A stretch of 35,466 nucleotides of DNA, from the IMG/VR virus record IMGVR_UViG_2711768053_000015; one strand, given 5' to 3'. How positions within the stretch are numbered: the first letter of the stretch is position 1; each line of letters starts with the position of its first letter. The notes beneath the pieces are model-generated. The model saw only the letters and a list, made by a program, of their open reading frames with translations, made no database searches and was not told the DNA's origin. The translations under genes and the position numbers were made by a program. The DNA comes from a virus (lineage: Duplodnaviria > Heunggongvirae > Uroviricota > Caudoviricetes). Positions 1 through 7,659 of this stretch are shown here, one piece after another.

Positions 1-318
1 ATGAAAAAGATAGCTGCTATATCATTAATTAGTATTTTTATTATGTCTGGTTGTGCTGTGCATAATGATGAGACAAGTATCGGTAAATTTGGTCTTGCAT
101 ATAAAAGTAATATTCAGCGTAAACTCGATAACCAATACTACACCGAAGCCGAAGCTTCTTTAGCCAGGGGCAGAATATCTGGTGCAGAAAATATAGTAAA
201 AAATGATGCAGCCCATTTCTGTGTTACTCAGGGCAAAAAAATGCAGATAGTTGACCTGAAGACAGAAGGTGCAGGATTACATGGCGTCGCTCGTCTGACA
301 TTCAAATGTGGAGAGTGA
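1..318 (+). CDS. yegR: Small host lipoprotein (signal peptide plus lipobox MSGC); 105 aa matches E. coli YegR in length and locus
   Basis: ORF track 1..318; N-terminal hydrophobic signal ending in Cys; sits outside attL on the host side; neighbourhood yegQ-cyaR agrees with the K-12 yegQ-cyaR-ogrK-yegZ-yegR locus (recalled). Confidence 0.55.
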   Translation: MKKIAAISLISIFIMSGCAVHNDETSIGKFGLAYKSNIQRKLDNQYYTEAEASLARGRISGAENIVKNDAAHFCVTQGKKMQIVDLKTEGAGLHGVARLTFKCGE

Positions 319-380
319 GAATATTTTTTGGTAAGCGTCAAACATGCGCGTTCTGGTTGTGCTTAGCCGGAACCTGTGCG

Positions 381-413
381 AGCACGATGCCGTTACGTGA
401 AAGGCATCGTGCT
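381..413. repeat. Perfect 11-bp inverted repeat (agcacgatgcc / ggcatcgtgct) with an 11-nt loop, no U-tract
   Basis: Read directly: 381..391 pairs with 403..413. Lies between the lipoprotein gene and attL; possible protein-binding site or non-canonical terminator. Confidence 0.5.
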
Positions 414-476
414 ATGAAGGGAGATTCTATCGATGTGGTCAATGGAAGACGGTGACCAGGGATAGGGCTTATGCAT

Positions 477-503
477 AAAAAATAAGCCCGTGTAAGGGAG
501 ATT
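477..503. repeat. attL: attL core, 27-bp direct repeat aaaaaataagcccgtgtaagggagatt
   Basis: Identical 27-mer recurs at 33934..33960; the integrase gene is immediately adjacent. Confidence 0.85.
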
Positions 504-582
504 TAGGGTGTCACCAGTAGGGGCTTTCAACGGTACAATGCGGGTTTGAGCGGCATAAATTACCACTGAAAGCCCTTAAACG

Positions 583-1596
583 TTACTCTACTGTGGACAC
601 TGTGTGGACACTCTCGGCCTCAGTACCACCTCTTAGCGGATTAAGAGAAATGGCGTCCTGAAGGTACTCTGGCGCAAAATGAGCGTAAACCATAGTTTGC
701 TCAATCCGCGTGTGACCTAGTATCCGTTGTAGCGTGATAATACTTCCTCCATTAATCATGAAATGAGTGGCAAAGCTGTGCCTTAGTGCATGTGTGGCTT
801 GCCCCGTGGGCAAATCCGGTTTTATTGCTTTCATTGTTCGTCTGAAGCGAGGGTAATCAGCATCAGGGAATAAAAAACCTCGTTTGTTATCCGCGATCAT
901 TTTGGCAACAGCCTCTGAGATCGGGACGGTGCGTGGTTTGTTTGTTTTCGTTTTAACAAACGTGACGCGGTTATGGATGATATTTTCTGCTTTCAAACGA
1001 GCTGCTTCTCCCCAACGTGCTCCTGTACTCAGGCAAAGAATCGCAATCTTTTTATTGTCGCCGTCAAGTGCTGCAAGCAGTAAGGCAATTTCTTCCTGTG
1101 TGAGATAGCCTGTTTCTGGTTTTTCCTCCTTAAGCCTCTTTGTCCCTCTGATAGGGTGCTCACCAAAGAATAACTCCGCTTCAATCAGGGCTGTAAACAT
1201 GCCGCTAATACATGTTAAATCACGATTGATACTCGAAGGTTTAATACCCTGACTTCTTCGGGTGGCGCAGTACTGGCTGATAAGGGATTTCGTGATTTGA
1301 AATGCGCATGGGTCATTCGTTATTTTTGTGAAGATTTCAATTTTTCCAAGATTAGATTTCCCATGCTCTTCGTGTTTACCCTTTAAATCCCACCAGATCT
1401 GTGTCAGTTCCGACAGACGTCGTTTGTCTGTTGGTTTTGATAGCCATTCTTTATTGTGGTGGTTGTACAACGTGTATTTTTCGAAAGCGACAGCTTCGCT
1501 TTTCTTATCAAACTTCCTACGGATGCGTTTTCCGTTACGTCCAGTAGGGCGGATGTCCACTTCATATCGACCATCATCGAGTTTTTTGATTGCCAT
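583..1596 (-). CDS. int: Tyrosine site-specific integrase (P2 Int-like, 337 aa)
   Basis: ORF track; C-terminal catalytic residues in HALRHSFATH...LGH...VYAHF context (R-H-R-Y family); adjacent to attL; length equals P2 Int. Confidence 0.95.
   Translation of the reverse strand: MAIKKLDDGRYEVDIRPTGRNGKRIRRKFDKKSEAVAFEKYTLYNHHNKEWLSKPTDKRRLSELTQIWWDLKGKHEEHGKSNLGKIEIFTKITNDPCAFQITKSLISQYCATRRSQGIKPSSINRDLTCISGMFTALIEAELFFGEHPIRGTKRLKEEKPETGYLTQEEIALLLAALDGDNKKIAILCLSTGARWGEAARLKAENIIHNRVTFVKTKTNKPRTVPISEAVAKMIADNKRGFLFPDADYPRFRRTMKAIKPDLPTGQATHALRHSFATHFMINGGSIITLQRILGHTRIEQTMVYAHFAPEYLQDAISLNPLRGGTEAESVHTVSTVE
592..610. promoter_or_regulatory. Two direct TGTGGACA repeats, candidate arm-type Int binding sites of the P' arm
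   Basis: TGTGGACA at 592..599 and 603..610, 11-bp periodicity, inside the 3' end of int next to the core. A similar pair lies near attR at 33875..33893. Confidence 0.5.
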
Positions 1597-1711
1597 CAGA
1601 AAACCCTCCGAGTGGTACTTTTTTTTGCTACTACTAATCGCTTTTTTCGTGGTGGCTGAAATTTAGCCACCAATAGTAGGCACTTGTGATGAATATATTC
1701 ACGATAAATTG

Positions 1712-2011
1712 TTAACCAGTCTTTTGACCGGAGTGGGGCGACGTTGTTTCGTTTTGCCCAAAGTGTGCGAGAGCGGGCGCAATTTGCCCGGCTTCTGGAG
1801 CTACCTGATCAGTCATGAACCACAAAGTATATTTAGTAAATCTAGGATGTTGTAAGACCTTCATTATGGCTTCAACTCCAGCGTTTTTTGACCGGCTCTC
1901 ATAGCTCGAAAGTGAGCTGTAGGCTACACCAGTTAATTCACTGAATTCTTTACGGTTTAACCTTTCAGATTCACGGATTAGCTTCAACTTCTCCGAAACG
2001 TCTATTGACAT
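1712..2011 (-). CDS. C: Immunity repressor C (99 aa; start moved to the internal ATG at 2011)
   Basis: C-terminal half matches the recalled P2 C repressor (FTKYTLWFM...APALAHFGQNETTSPHSGQKTG); GGAG Shine-Dalgarno 5 nt upstream of the ATG at 2011; the longer track ORF from 2083 lacks an RBS. Confidence 0.85.
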   Translation of the reverse strand: MSIDVSEKLKLIRESERLNRKEFSELTGVAYSSLSSYESRSKNAGVEAIMKVLQHPRFTKYTLWFMTDQVAPEAGQIAPALAHFGQNETTSPHSGQKTG

Positions 2012-2033
2012 AATTACTCCGATTGCGTAATTT
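2005..2033 (+). promoter_or_regulatory. Sigma70-like promoter TTGACA-17 bp-TAATTT pointing toward cox (candidate Pe)
   Basis: -35 TTGACA at 2005..2010 and -10 TAATTT at 2028..2033; overlaps the C start codon, consistent with face-to-face Pe/Pc arrangement in P2-like phages. Confidence 0.4.
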
Positions 2034-2088
2034 CTTGCTGATGGTGTGAAATGTTTTGCTTCTGGAGTTATCCTTTTAGGCAATAATT

Positions 2089-2107
2089 AGCCATTAGGAG
2101 CCATTAG
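2089..2107. promoter_or_regulatory. Direct repeats AGCCATTAG x2 (plus a degenerate third copy at 2111..2117) in the C-cox switch region; candidate operator
   Basis: AGCCATTAG at 2089..2097 and 2099..2107, one helical turn apart, between C and cox. Confidence 0.3.
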
Positions 2108-2132
2108 AAGCACTAAGGGAGAATCGTAGCAG

Positions 2133-2408
2133 ATGAATAGACAGCTTGTAAGCGTGACTGATGCCGTGCCTTATCAGGAGTTTGCAAAACTCATTGGTAA
2201 AACTCCAAGAGCTGTAAGGGGCATGATTGAGAAAGGGAAATTACCAGTTATTGAGATTACTGACCCTCAGTCAGTATCGGGGCGTGCTGGTGAATATTGG
2301 GTATACCTTCCGGCATGGAATAACGGACTAAAACTGGCTTATGAAAGCCGTCCTAAAGAGATTCGTGACGGCTGGTTGATGTGGTTAGGTCTCGGTGAAC
2401 CACGTTAA
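2133..2408 (+). CDS. cox: Cox excisionase / transcriptional switch protein (91 aa)
   Basis: ORF track; GRAGEYWVYLPAWNNGLKLAYESRPKEIRDGWLMWLGLGEPR matches recalled P2 Cox; GGGAG RBS upstream; first gene of the early operon. Confidence 0.93.
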   Translation: MNRQLVSVTDAVPYQEFAKLIGKTPRAVRGMIEKGKLPVIEITDPQSVSGRAGEYWVYLPAWNNGLKLAYESRPKEIRDGWLMWLGLGEPR

Positions 2409-2418
2409 GGAGAACCGT

Positions 2419-2589
2419 ATGAATGAGCCTCGTTGTATTGCTCAGTTATTGCGTAACGAAAGCCCCAGGGCGATTGACTTCACAATCACCCACGGTAAGG
2501 GGCGTAAGGGAATCATTATCCGCACCAAAAAACAGAGTCCGTTAAAAAAGGCTCTGACCTTTCTGAAAAGCCGGAGGGTCTGGAAATGA
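2419..2589 (+). CDS. Small early protein, orf78-like (start taken at the internal ATG after an AAGGAG RBS)
   Basis: ORF track 2395..2589; AAGGAG at 2406..2411 precedes the ATG at 2419; position between cox and B. Confidence 0.5.
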   Translation: MNEPRCIAQLLRNESPRAIDFTITHGKGRKGIIIRTKKQSPLKKALTFLKSRRVWK

Positions 2590-3086
2590 CAGTGATGACG
2601 CTCAATCTCGTTGAAAAACAGCCAGCAGCTATGCGCCGGATAATTGGTAAGCATCTGGCCGTCCCTCGCTGGCAGGAGACATGCGATTATTATAATCAGA
2701 TGATGGAACGCGAACGGCTAACGGTTTGCTTCCATGCGCAGTTAAAACAGCGTCACGCAACGATGCGTTTTGAAGAAATGAACGACGTCGAACGTGAACG
2801 GCTGGTTTGTGCAATTGATGAATTGCGTGGGGCATTCTCAAAACGCCGTCAGGTTGGCGCAAGTGAGTATGCATATATTAGTTTTTTAACAGTCAGTCAG
2901 CGTCGTACTTTATTTATGCATGCCGGATTGACTGAAAAAGAATTCAACCAGCCATACTGGCAAATTAATGAAGAATCATGTTACTGGCGTGATGCTTTAT
3001 TCCGTGCATTACGTGAATTATTCAGCCTGTTTGAGTATGCACCGACAATTCTGACGTCGGTAAAACCAGAGCAATATCTGCATTAA
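2586..3086 (+). CDS. B: Replication protein B (166 aa, helicase-loader-like)
   Basis: ORF track; length and position match P2 B; start overlaps the preceding stop (ATGA). Confidence 0.9.
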   Translation: MTVMTLNLVEKQPAAMRRIIGKHLAVPRWQETCDYYNQMMERERLTVCFHAQLKQRHATMRFEEMNDVERERLVCAIDELRGAFSKRRQVGASEYAYISFLTVSQRRTLFMHAGLTEKEFNQPYWQINEESCYWRDALFRALRELFSLFEYAPTILTSVKPEQYLH

Positions 3087-3149
3087 GTAATTAACCAGCG
3101 TTTTTAACGCACTTAATTGTGCGGGGCTTCTTTTTGCCTGGAGAAAGTC

Positions 3150-3374
3150 ATGCATACAGTTTCTGAAAATCAGTGCGGTAAATACGCATTACTGCTGCAA
3201 CAGGCCAGAACCGAAGCACAGGCCGACGCGGCGACGCGCTTTTCTTCTCATCTTGACGCCATGATTCGCCACATCACAAAGGCGGAGTTATCCCGCGTGG
3301 AGATAGTCGAGCTGCTCAGTCAGGAGTCGGAAAAATTTCACAATATCGGATTGTCTCGCGGGGAGGTACTTTGA
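3150..3374 (+). CDS. Small early protein, orf80-like
   Basis: ORF track 3117..3374; GGAGA RBS before the ATG at 3150. Confidence 0.5.
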   Translation: MHTVSENQCGKYALLLQQARTEAQADAATRFSSHLDAMIRHITKAELSRVEIVELLSQESEKFHNIGLSRGEVL

Positions 3375-3673
3375 TGTCCTGTTCTCATTCAGTTGTATTA
3401 CTGAATAACGCCTTAAAAATCGCCGTTATGAAAAATGGCGATTTGTCTCTTATTCAACTTTGTCTTGATAAAGAAAAACGCGACATCACTGAATCTATTA
3501 TCGCGATTTATCAGAATGAATTAAACCTCCTGTCTGATGTGGTCAATTTACTTGTTAAACGCGCTGTATTCCACAAGCAAATTTCCTCAGTGGATGAACT
3601 GACAAAATTAACGACAGAACTTGCCAGTTATTGCGCTGATGTATCCAGGAAACTTAACGATAAAAGGAGCTGA
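3374..3673 (+). CDS. Small early protein, orf81-like
   Basis: ORF track 3371..3673 begins at TTG; the ATG at 3374 is preceded by GGGAGG at 3361..3366. Confidence 0.55.
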   Translation: MSCSHSVVLLNNALKIAVMKNGDLSLIQLCLDKEKRDITESIIAIYQNELNLLSDVVNLLVKRAVFHKQISSVDELTKLTTELASYCADVSRKLNDKRS

Positions 3674-3675
3674 TA

Positions 3676-3900
3676 ATGCCGGACAACGTAGATTTTATTC
3701 AGGAACAACAGGCTGAATTACTGGAGCGCCAGATTAACGCGGCAAGGGTAAAACATTGCGGTGCTTCTGCGCTGGTTTGCGAAGAGTGTGACGCGCCAAT
3801 ACCTGCTGCCCGTCGTGCGGCTTATCCGTCAGCCACGCGTTGTGTTTCCTGTCAGTCAGTCTTTGAAGCAAAAAACAAACATTACCGGAGAACGGCATGA
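3676..3900 (+). CDS. TraR/DksA-family C4 zinc-finger protein (orf82-like)
   Basis: CEEC...x17...CVSC four-cysteine motif; AAGGAG RBS at 3664..3669. Confidence 0.7.
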   Translation: MPDNVDFIQEQQAELLERQINAARVKHCGASALVCEECDAPIPAARRAAYPSATRCVSCQSVFEAKNKHYRRTA

Positions 3901-4172
3901 GTATTCGTATTGAAATTGGCGAACGTTATGTCGTTACCAGTGACAGCTTCCAGTTTATTCTCCACGAGAAAAAGAGAGCGGAAAGCGGTAAAAACGCCGG
4001 TCAGGAATGGCTGGCGGTGGTTGGTTATTACCCGAAATTAAGCCAGCTTGTTTCCGGCCTGATGCATCACGATATTCTGACCGGAAGCGCAAAGTCTTTT
4101 GCTGATTTAAACGCGCAGGTTGAGCAACTCAGCAGGCGTTGTTCAGAGGCTTTTGGCTCATATGGCCGTTAA
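3897..4172 (+). CDS. Small early protein, orf83-like
   Basis: ORF track; ATGA overlap with the preceding gene. Confidence 0.55.
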   Translation: MSIRIEIGERYVVTSDSFQFILHEKKRAESGKNAGQEWLAVVGYYPKLSQLVSGLMHHDILTGSAKSFADLNAQVEQLSRRCSEAFGSYGR

Positions 4173-6225
4173 AGCCTCCGGGCGTTTTGTCCCTCCGTCA
4201 GCATTTGCTGCAGGCACCGGTAAGGCGTTTACCGGTGCTTATGCATGGAACGCGCCACGCGAGGCCGTCGGGCGCGAAAGACCCCTTACACGTGACGAGA
4301 TGCGTCAGGTGCAAGGTGTTTTATCCACGATTAACCGCCTGCCTTACTTTTTGCGCTCGCTGTTTACTTCACGCTATGACTACATCCGGCGCAATAAAAG
4401 CCCGGTGCACGGGTTTTATTTCCTCACATCCACTTTTCAGCGTCGTTTATGGCCGCGCATTGAGCGCGTGAATCAGCGCCATGAAATGAACACCGACGCG
4501 TCGTTGCTGTTTCTGGCAGAGCGTGACCATTATGCGCGTCTGCCGGGGATGAATGATAAGGAGCTGAAAAAGTTTGCCGCCCGTATCTCATCGCAGCTTT
4601 TCATGATGTATGAGGAACTCTGCGATGCCTGGGTGGATGCGCATGGCGAAAAAGAATCGCTGTTTACGGATGAGGCGCAGGCTCACCTCTATGGTCATGT
4701 TGCTGGCGCTGCACGTGCTTTCAATATTTCCCCGCTCTACTGGAAAAAATACCGTAAAGGACAGATGACCACGAGGCAGGCATATTCTGCCATTGCCCGC
4801 CTGTTTAACGATGAGTGGTGGATTAGTCAGCTTAAAGGCCAGCGTATGCGCTGGCATGAGGCGTTACTGATTGCTGTCGGGGAGGTCAATAAAGACCGTT
4901 CACCTTATGCCAGTAAACATGCCATTCGTGATGTGCGTGCGCGCCGCCAGGCAAATCTGGAATTTCTTAAATCGTGTAACCTTGAAAACAGGGAAACCGG
5001 CGAGCGCATCGACCTTATCAGTAAGGTGATGGGCAGTATTTCTAATCCTGAAATTCGCCGGATGGAGCTGATGAACACCATTGCCGGTATTGAGCGTTAC
5101 GCCGCCGCAGAGGGTGATGTGGGGATGTTTATCACGCTGACCGCGCCGTCAAAGTATCACCCGACTCGTCAGGTCAGAAAAGGCGAAAGTAAAACCGTTC
5201 AGCTTAATCACGGCTGGAACGATGAGGCATTTAATCCAAAGGATGCGCAGCGTTATCTCTGCCGCATCTGGAGCCTGATGCGCACGGCATTCAAGGATAA
5301 TGATTTACAGGTCTACGGTTTGCGTGTCGTCGAGCCACACCACGACGGAACGCCGCACTGGCATATGATGCTTTTTTGTAATCCACGCCAGCGTAACCAG
5401 ATTATCGAAATCATGCGTCGCTATGCGCTCAAAGAGGATGGTGACGAAAGAGGAGCCGCGCGAAACCGTTTTCAGGTAAAGCACCTTAACCGGGGCGGTG
5501 CTGCGGGATATATCGCGAAATACATTTCAAAAAATATCGACGGCTATGCACTGGATGGTCAGCTCGATAATGATACCGGCAGACCGCTGAAAGATACTGC
5601 CGCGGCTGTTACCGCATGGGCGTCAACGTGGCGCATCCCGCAATTTAAAACGGTTGGTCTGCCGACAATGGGGGCTTACCGTGAACTACGCAAATTGCCT
5701 CGCGGCGTCAGCATTGCTGATGAGTTTGACGAGCGCGTCGAGGCTGCACGCGCCGCTGCAGACAGTGGTGATTTTGCGTTGTATATCAGCGCGCAGGGCG
5801 GGGCAAATGTCCCGCGCGATTGTCAGACTGTCAGGGTCGCCCGTAGCCCGTCGGATGACGTTAACGAGTACGAGGAAGAAGTCGAGAGAGTGGTCGGCAT
5901 TTACGCGCCGCATCTCGGCGCGCGTCATATTCATATCACCAGAACCACGGACTGGCGCATTGTGCCGAAAGTGCCGGTCGTTGAGCCTTTGACTTTAAAA
6001 AGCGGCATCGCCGCGCCTCGGAGTCCTGTCAATAACTGTGGAAAGCTCACTGGTGGTGATACTTCGTTACCGGCTCCCACACCTTCTGAGCACGCCGCAG
6101 CAGTGCTTAATCTGGTTGATGACGGTGTTATCGAATGGAGTGACCCAGAGGTCGTCAGAGTGTTTAGAAACACATTAAAGCATTATTTGCCAATGTTTAC
6201 TCGGCAAGAGAAGATAAGTGGCTAG
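4162..6225 (+). CDS. A: Replication initiation protein A (rolling-circle nickase); start taken at MAVKASG
   Basis: ORF track 4120..6225; strong match to recalled P2 gpA including HxH-type motif VEPHHDGTPHWHMMLF and the active-site region GYIAKYISKN; start at 4162 overlaps the orf83 stop. Confidence 0.92.
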   Translation: MAVKASGRFVPPSAFAAGTGKAFTGAYAWNAPREAVGRERPLTRDEMRQVQGVLSTINRLPYFLRSLFTSRYDYIRRNKSPVHGFYFLTSTFQRRLWPRIERVNQRHEMNTDASLLFLAERDHYARLPGMNDKELKKFAARISSQLFMMYEELCDAWVDAHGEKESLFTDEAQAHLYGHVAGAARAFNISPLYWKKYRKGQMTTRQAYSAIARLFNDEWWISQLKGQRMRWHEALLIAVGEVNKDRSPYASKHAIRDVRARRQANLEFLKSCNLENRETGERIDLISKVMGSISNPEIRRMELMNTIAGIERYAAAEGDVGMFITLTAPSKYHPTRQVRKGESKTVQLNHGWNDEAFNPKDAQRYLCRIWSLMRTAFKDNDLQVYGLRVVEPHHDGTPHWHMMLFCNPRQRNQIIEIMRRYALKEDGDERGAARNRFQVKHLNRGGAAGYIAKYISKNIDGYALDGQLDNDTGRPLKDTAAAVTAWASTWRIPQFKTVGLPTMGAYRELRKLPRGVSIADEFDERVEAARAAADSGDFALYISAQGGANVPRDCQTVRVARSPSDDVNEYEEEVERVVGIYAPHLGARHIHITRTTDWRIVPKVPVVEPLTLKSGIAAPRSPVNNCGKLTGGDTSLPAPTPSEHAAAVLNLVDDGVIEWSDPEVVRVFRNTLKHYLPMFTRQEKISG

Positions 6226-6439
6226 CTGATATAATTGCATAGGATTACATTGTTCGTTTGGATGGTCGGAGCTTGGAGAGAGTAACTGTCGTTCACTTGC
6301 TTTGAGTTTTTCAAAATGACCATCAGCAGCAAATTGGGAACTTCAGGGGGCTGGAGCGTGGCTATTAATCATCCGAAAAATCACTTTCTCACATTAAGGG
6401 ATTGTTAGTTTGATTCAACTTTTAAAGCAACTATGGCTT

Positions 6440-6467
6440 TAGACAATGACTGATGTCATGATAGAAT
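6440..6467 (+). promoter_or_regulatory. Candidate sigma70 promoter for the methyltransferase (TAGACA-16 bp-TAGAAT)
   Basis: -35-like TAGACA at 6440..6445 and -10 TAGAAT at 6462..6467, about 40 nt upstream of the MTase start. Confidence 0.35.
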
Positions 6468-6507
6468 ACATGATCGTTAGTTGAATCTTTAGCATGGTTA
6501 TTTGAAT

Positions 6508-7659
6508 ATGAATGTAGTTGATTTATTCTCTGGAGTTGGCGGTTTAAGCTTAGGGGCAACTCGAGCCGGTTTCAACTTGGTTGGAGCTGTTGAACTGGAT
6601 AAACATGCTATTTTTTCACATGAGTTAAACTTCCCAAAATCAACACATTTGCATCGGGATGTCTGCTCGCTTACAGCAAAAGATATTTTGTCTGCATGTG
6701 CTGTAAAGGACATTGATTGCGTTATTGGTGGTCCACCTTGCCAAGGATTTAGCACCATTGGAAAAAGGAATGCCAATGATACAAGAAATGAATTGTATAT
6801 TCATTTTTTTAGGTTGGTAAGTGAGTTATCTCCAATTTGTTTTTTGGCAGAGAATGTTCCAGGAATTATGGGTGAGAAATATAATCCAGTAAGAGAAGAA
6901 GCATTTTCTTTAGTTAGAGATGGCTATTGTTTATTACATCCAATAAGGGTTAATGCTTCAAATTATGGAGCACCTACGACACGGACACGAATATTTTTCA
7001 TGGGTTTTAAAAGAGGTTTTATTAATCAGTTAAAAGAATCTGATTTTTTTCCTAAAAATATAATAGAGCAGACTCTTGTCAAAGATGCACTCTACGGATT
7101 ACCGCGAACTATAAGAAAAGAGTGGCAGACAGAGGAGCAAGGCTGGCGTTCAGTAAAAATGGATAAAGATGGTTACTATTATGAGCGACTTTGGGGACAT
7201 ATACCAAATGGTGTAGGTGATGCAGAATCCATTCAAAATTTAAAGAAAGGATTGGTATCTGGCTTTTTAGGTACAGCTCATTCGGAGGAAGTGCTCAGGA
7301 GATATAGACAACTTTCATTCGGTGAAACTGATAAGATTTCGAGATCACAACGACTCAATCCTAACGGTTTTTGTCCAACTTTGAGAGCAGGTACAGGAAG
7401 TGACAAGGGGAGTTATCAGGCCGTTAGGCCAATTCACCCTACTCAAGCTAGGGTGATAACTCCTCGTGAAGCAGCTAGGTTACAAGGGTTTCCTGATTGG
7501 TTCCGTTTTCATCCTACAAAGTGGCACAGTTTTAGACAGATAGGTAATAGCGTTAGTCCGCTTGTGGCTGAGGCTATGCTATTACCTTTATACGATTACT
7601 GTTTAAAAGTTAAAAAAGAATCTTTGAATACCATGGAACGACCTTGTAGTATTCGATAA
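6508..7659 (+). CDS. DNA cytosine-5 methyltransferase (Dcm/M.HhaI-type fold)
   Basis: Canonical C5-MTase motifs in order: FSGVGG (motif I), GGPPCQGFS (motif IV, catalytic Cys), ENVPG (motif VI), QIGNSVSP (motif X). Track ORF starts at a TTG at 6502; first ATG is 6508. Confidence 0.9.
   Translation: MNVVDLFSGVGGLSLGATRAGFNLVGAVELDKHAIFSHELNFPKSTHLHRDVCSLTAKDILSACAVKDIDCVIGGPPCQGFSTIGKRNANDTRNELYIHFFRLVSELSPICFLAENVPGIMGEKYNPVREEAFSLVRDGYCLLHPIRVNASNYGAPTTRTRIFFMGFKRGFINQLKESDFFPKNIIEQTLVKDALYGLPRTIRKEWQTEEQGWRSVKMDKDGYYYERLWGHIPNGVGDAESIQNLKKGLVSGFLGTAHSEEVLRRYRQLSFGETDKISRSQRLNPNGFCPTLRAGTGSDKGSYQAVRPIHPTQARVITPREAARLQGFPDWFRFHPTKWHSFRQIGNSVSPLVAEAMLLPLYDYCLKVKKESLNTMERPCSIR

Noticed and set aside
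884-1666. Plus-strand ORFs (74-112 aa) overlapping the integrase gene
   Set aside because: Antisense to a clearly conserved integrase; no RBS; likely non-coding.
1712-2083. Longer 123-aa version of the C repressor, and similar N-terminal extensions of P (to 13246), O (from 13324), L (from 16163) and ogr (from 33551)
   Set aside because: Internal ATGs with good Shine-Dalgarno sequences give exactly the recalled P2 protein lengths; the extensions lack ribosome-binding sites.
6502-7659. Dcm/Vsr-type pair (methylase with a very-short-patch repair endonuclease)
   Set aside because: No small Vsr-like ORF is adjacent or overlapping; the only neighbours are the convergent GHKL ATPase operon.
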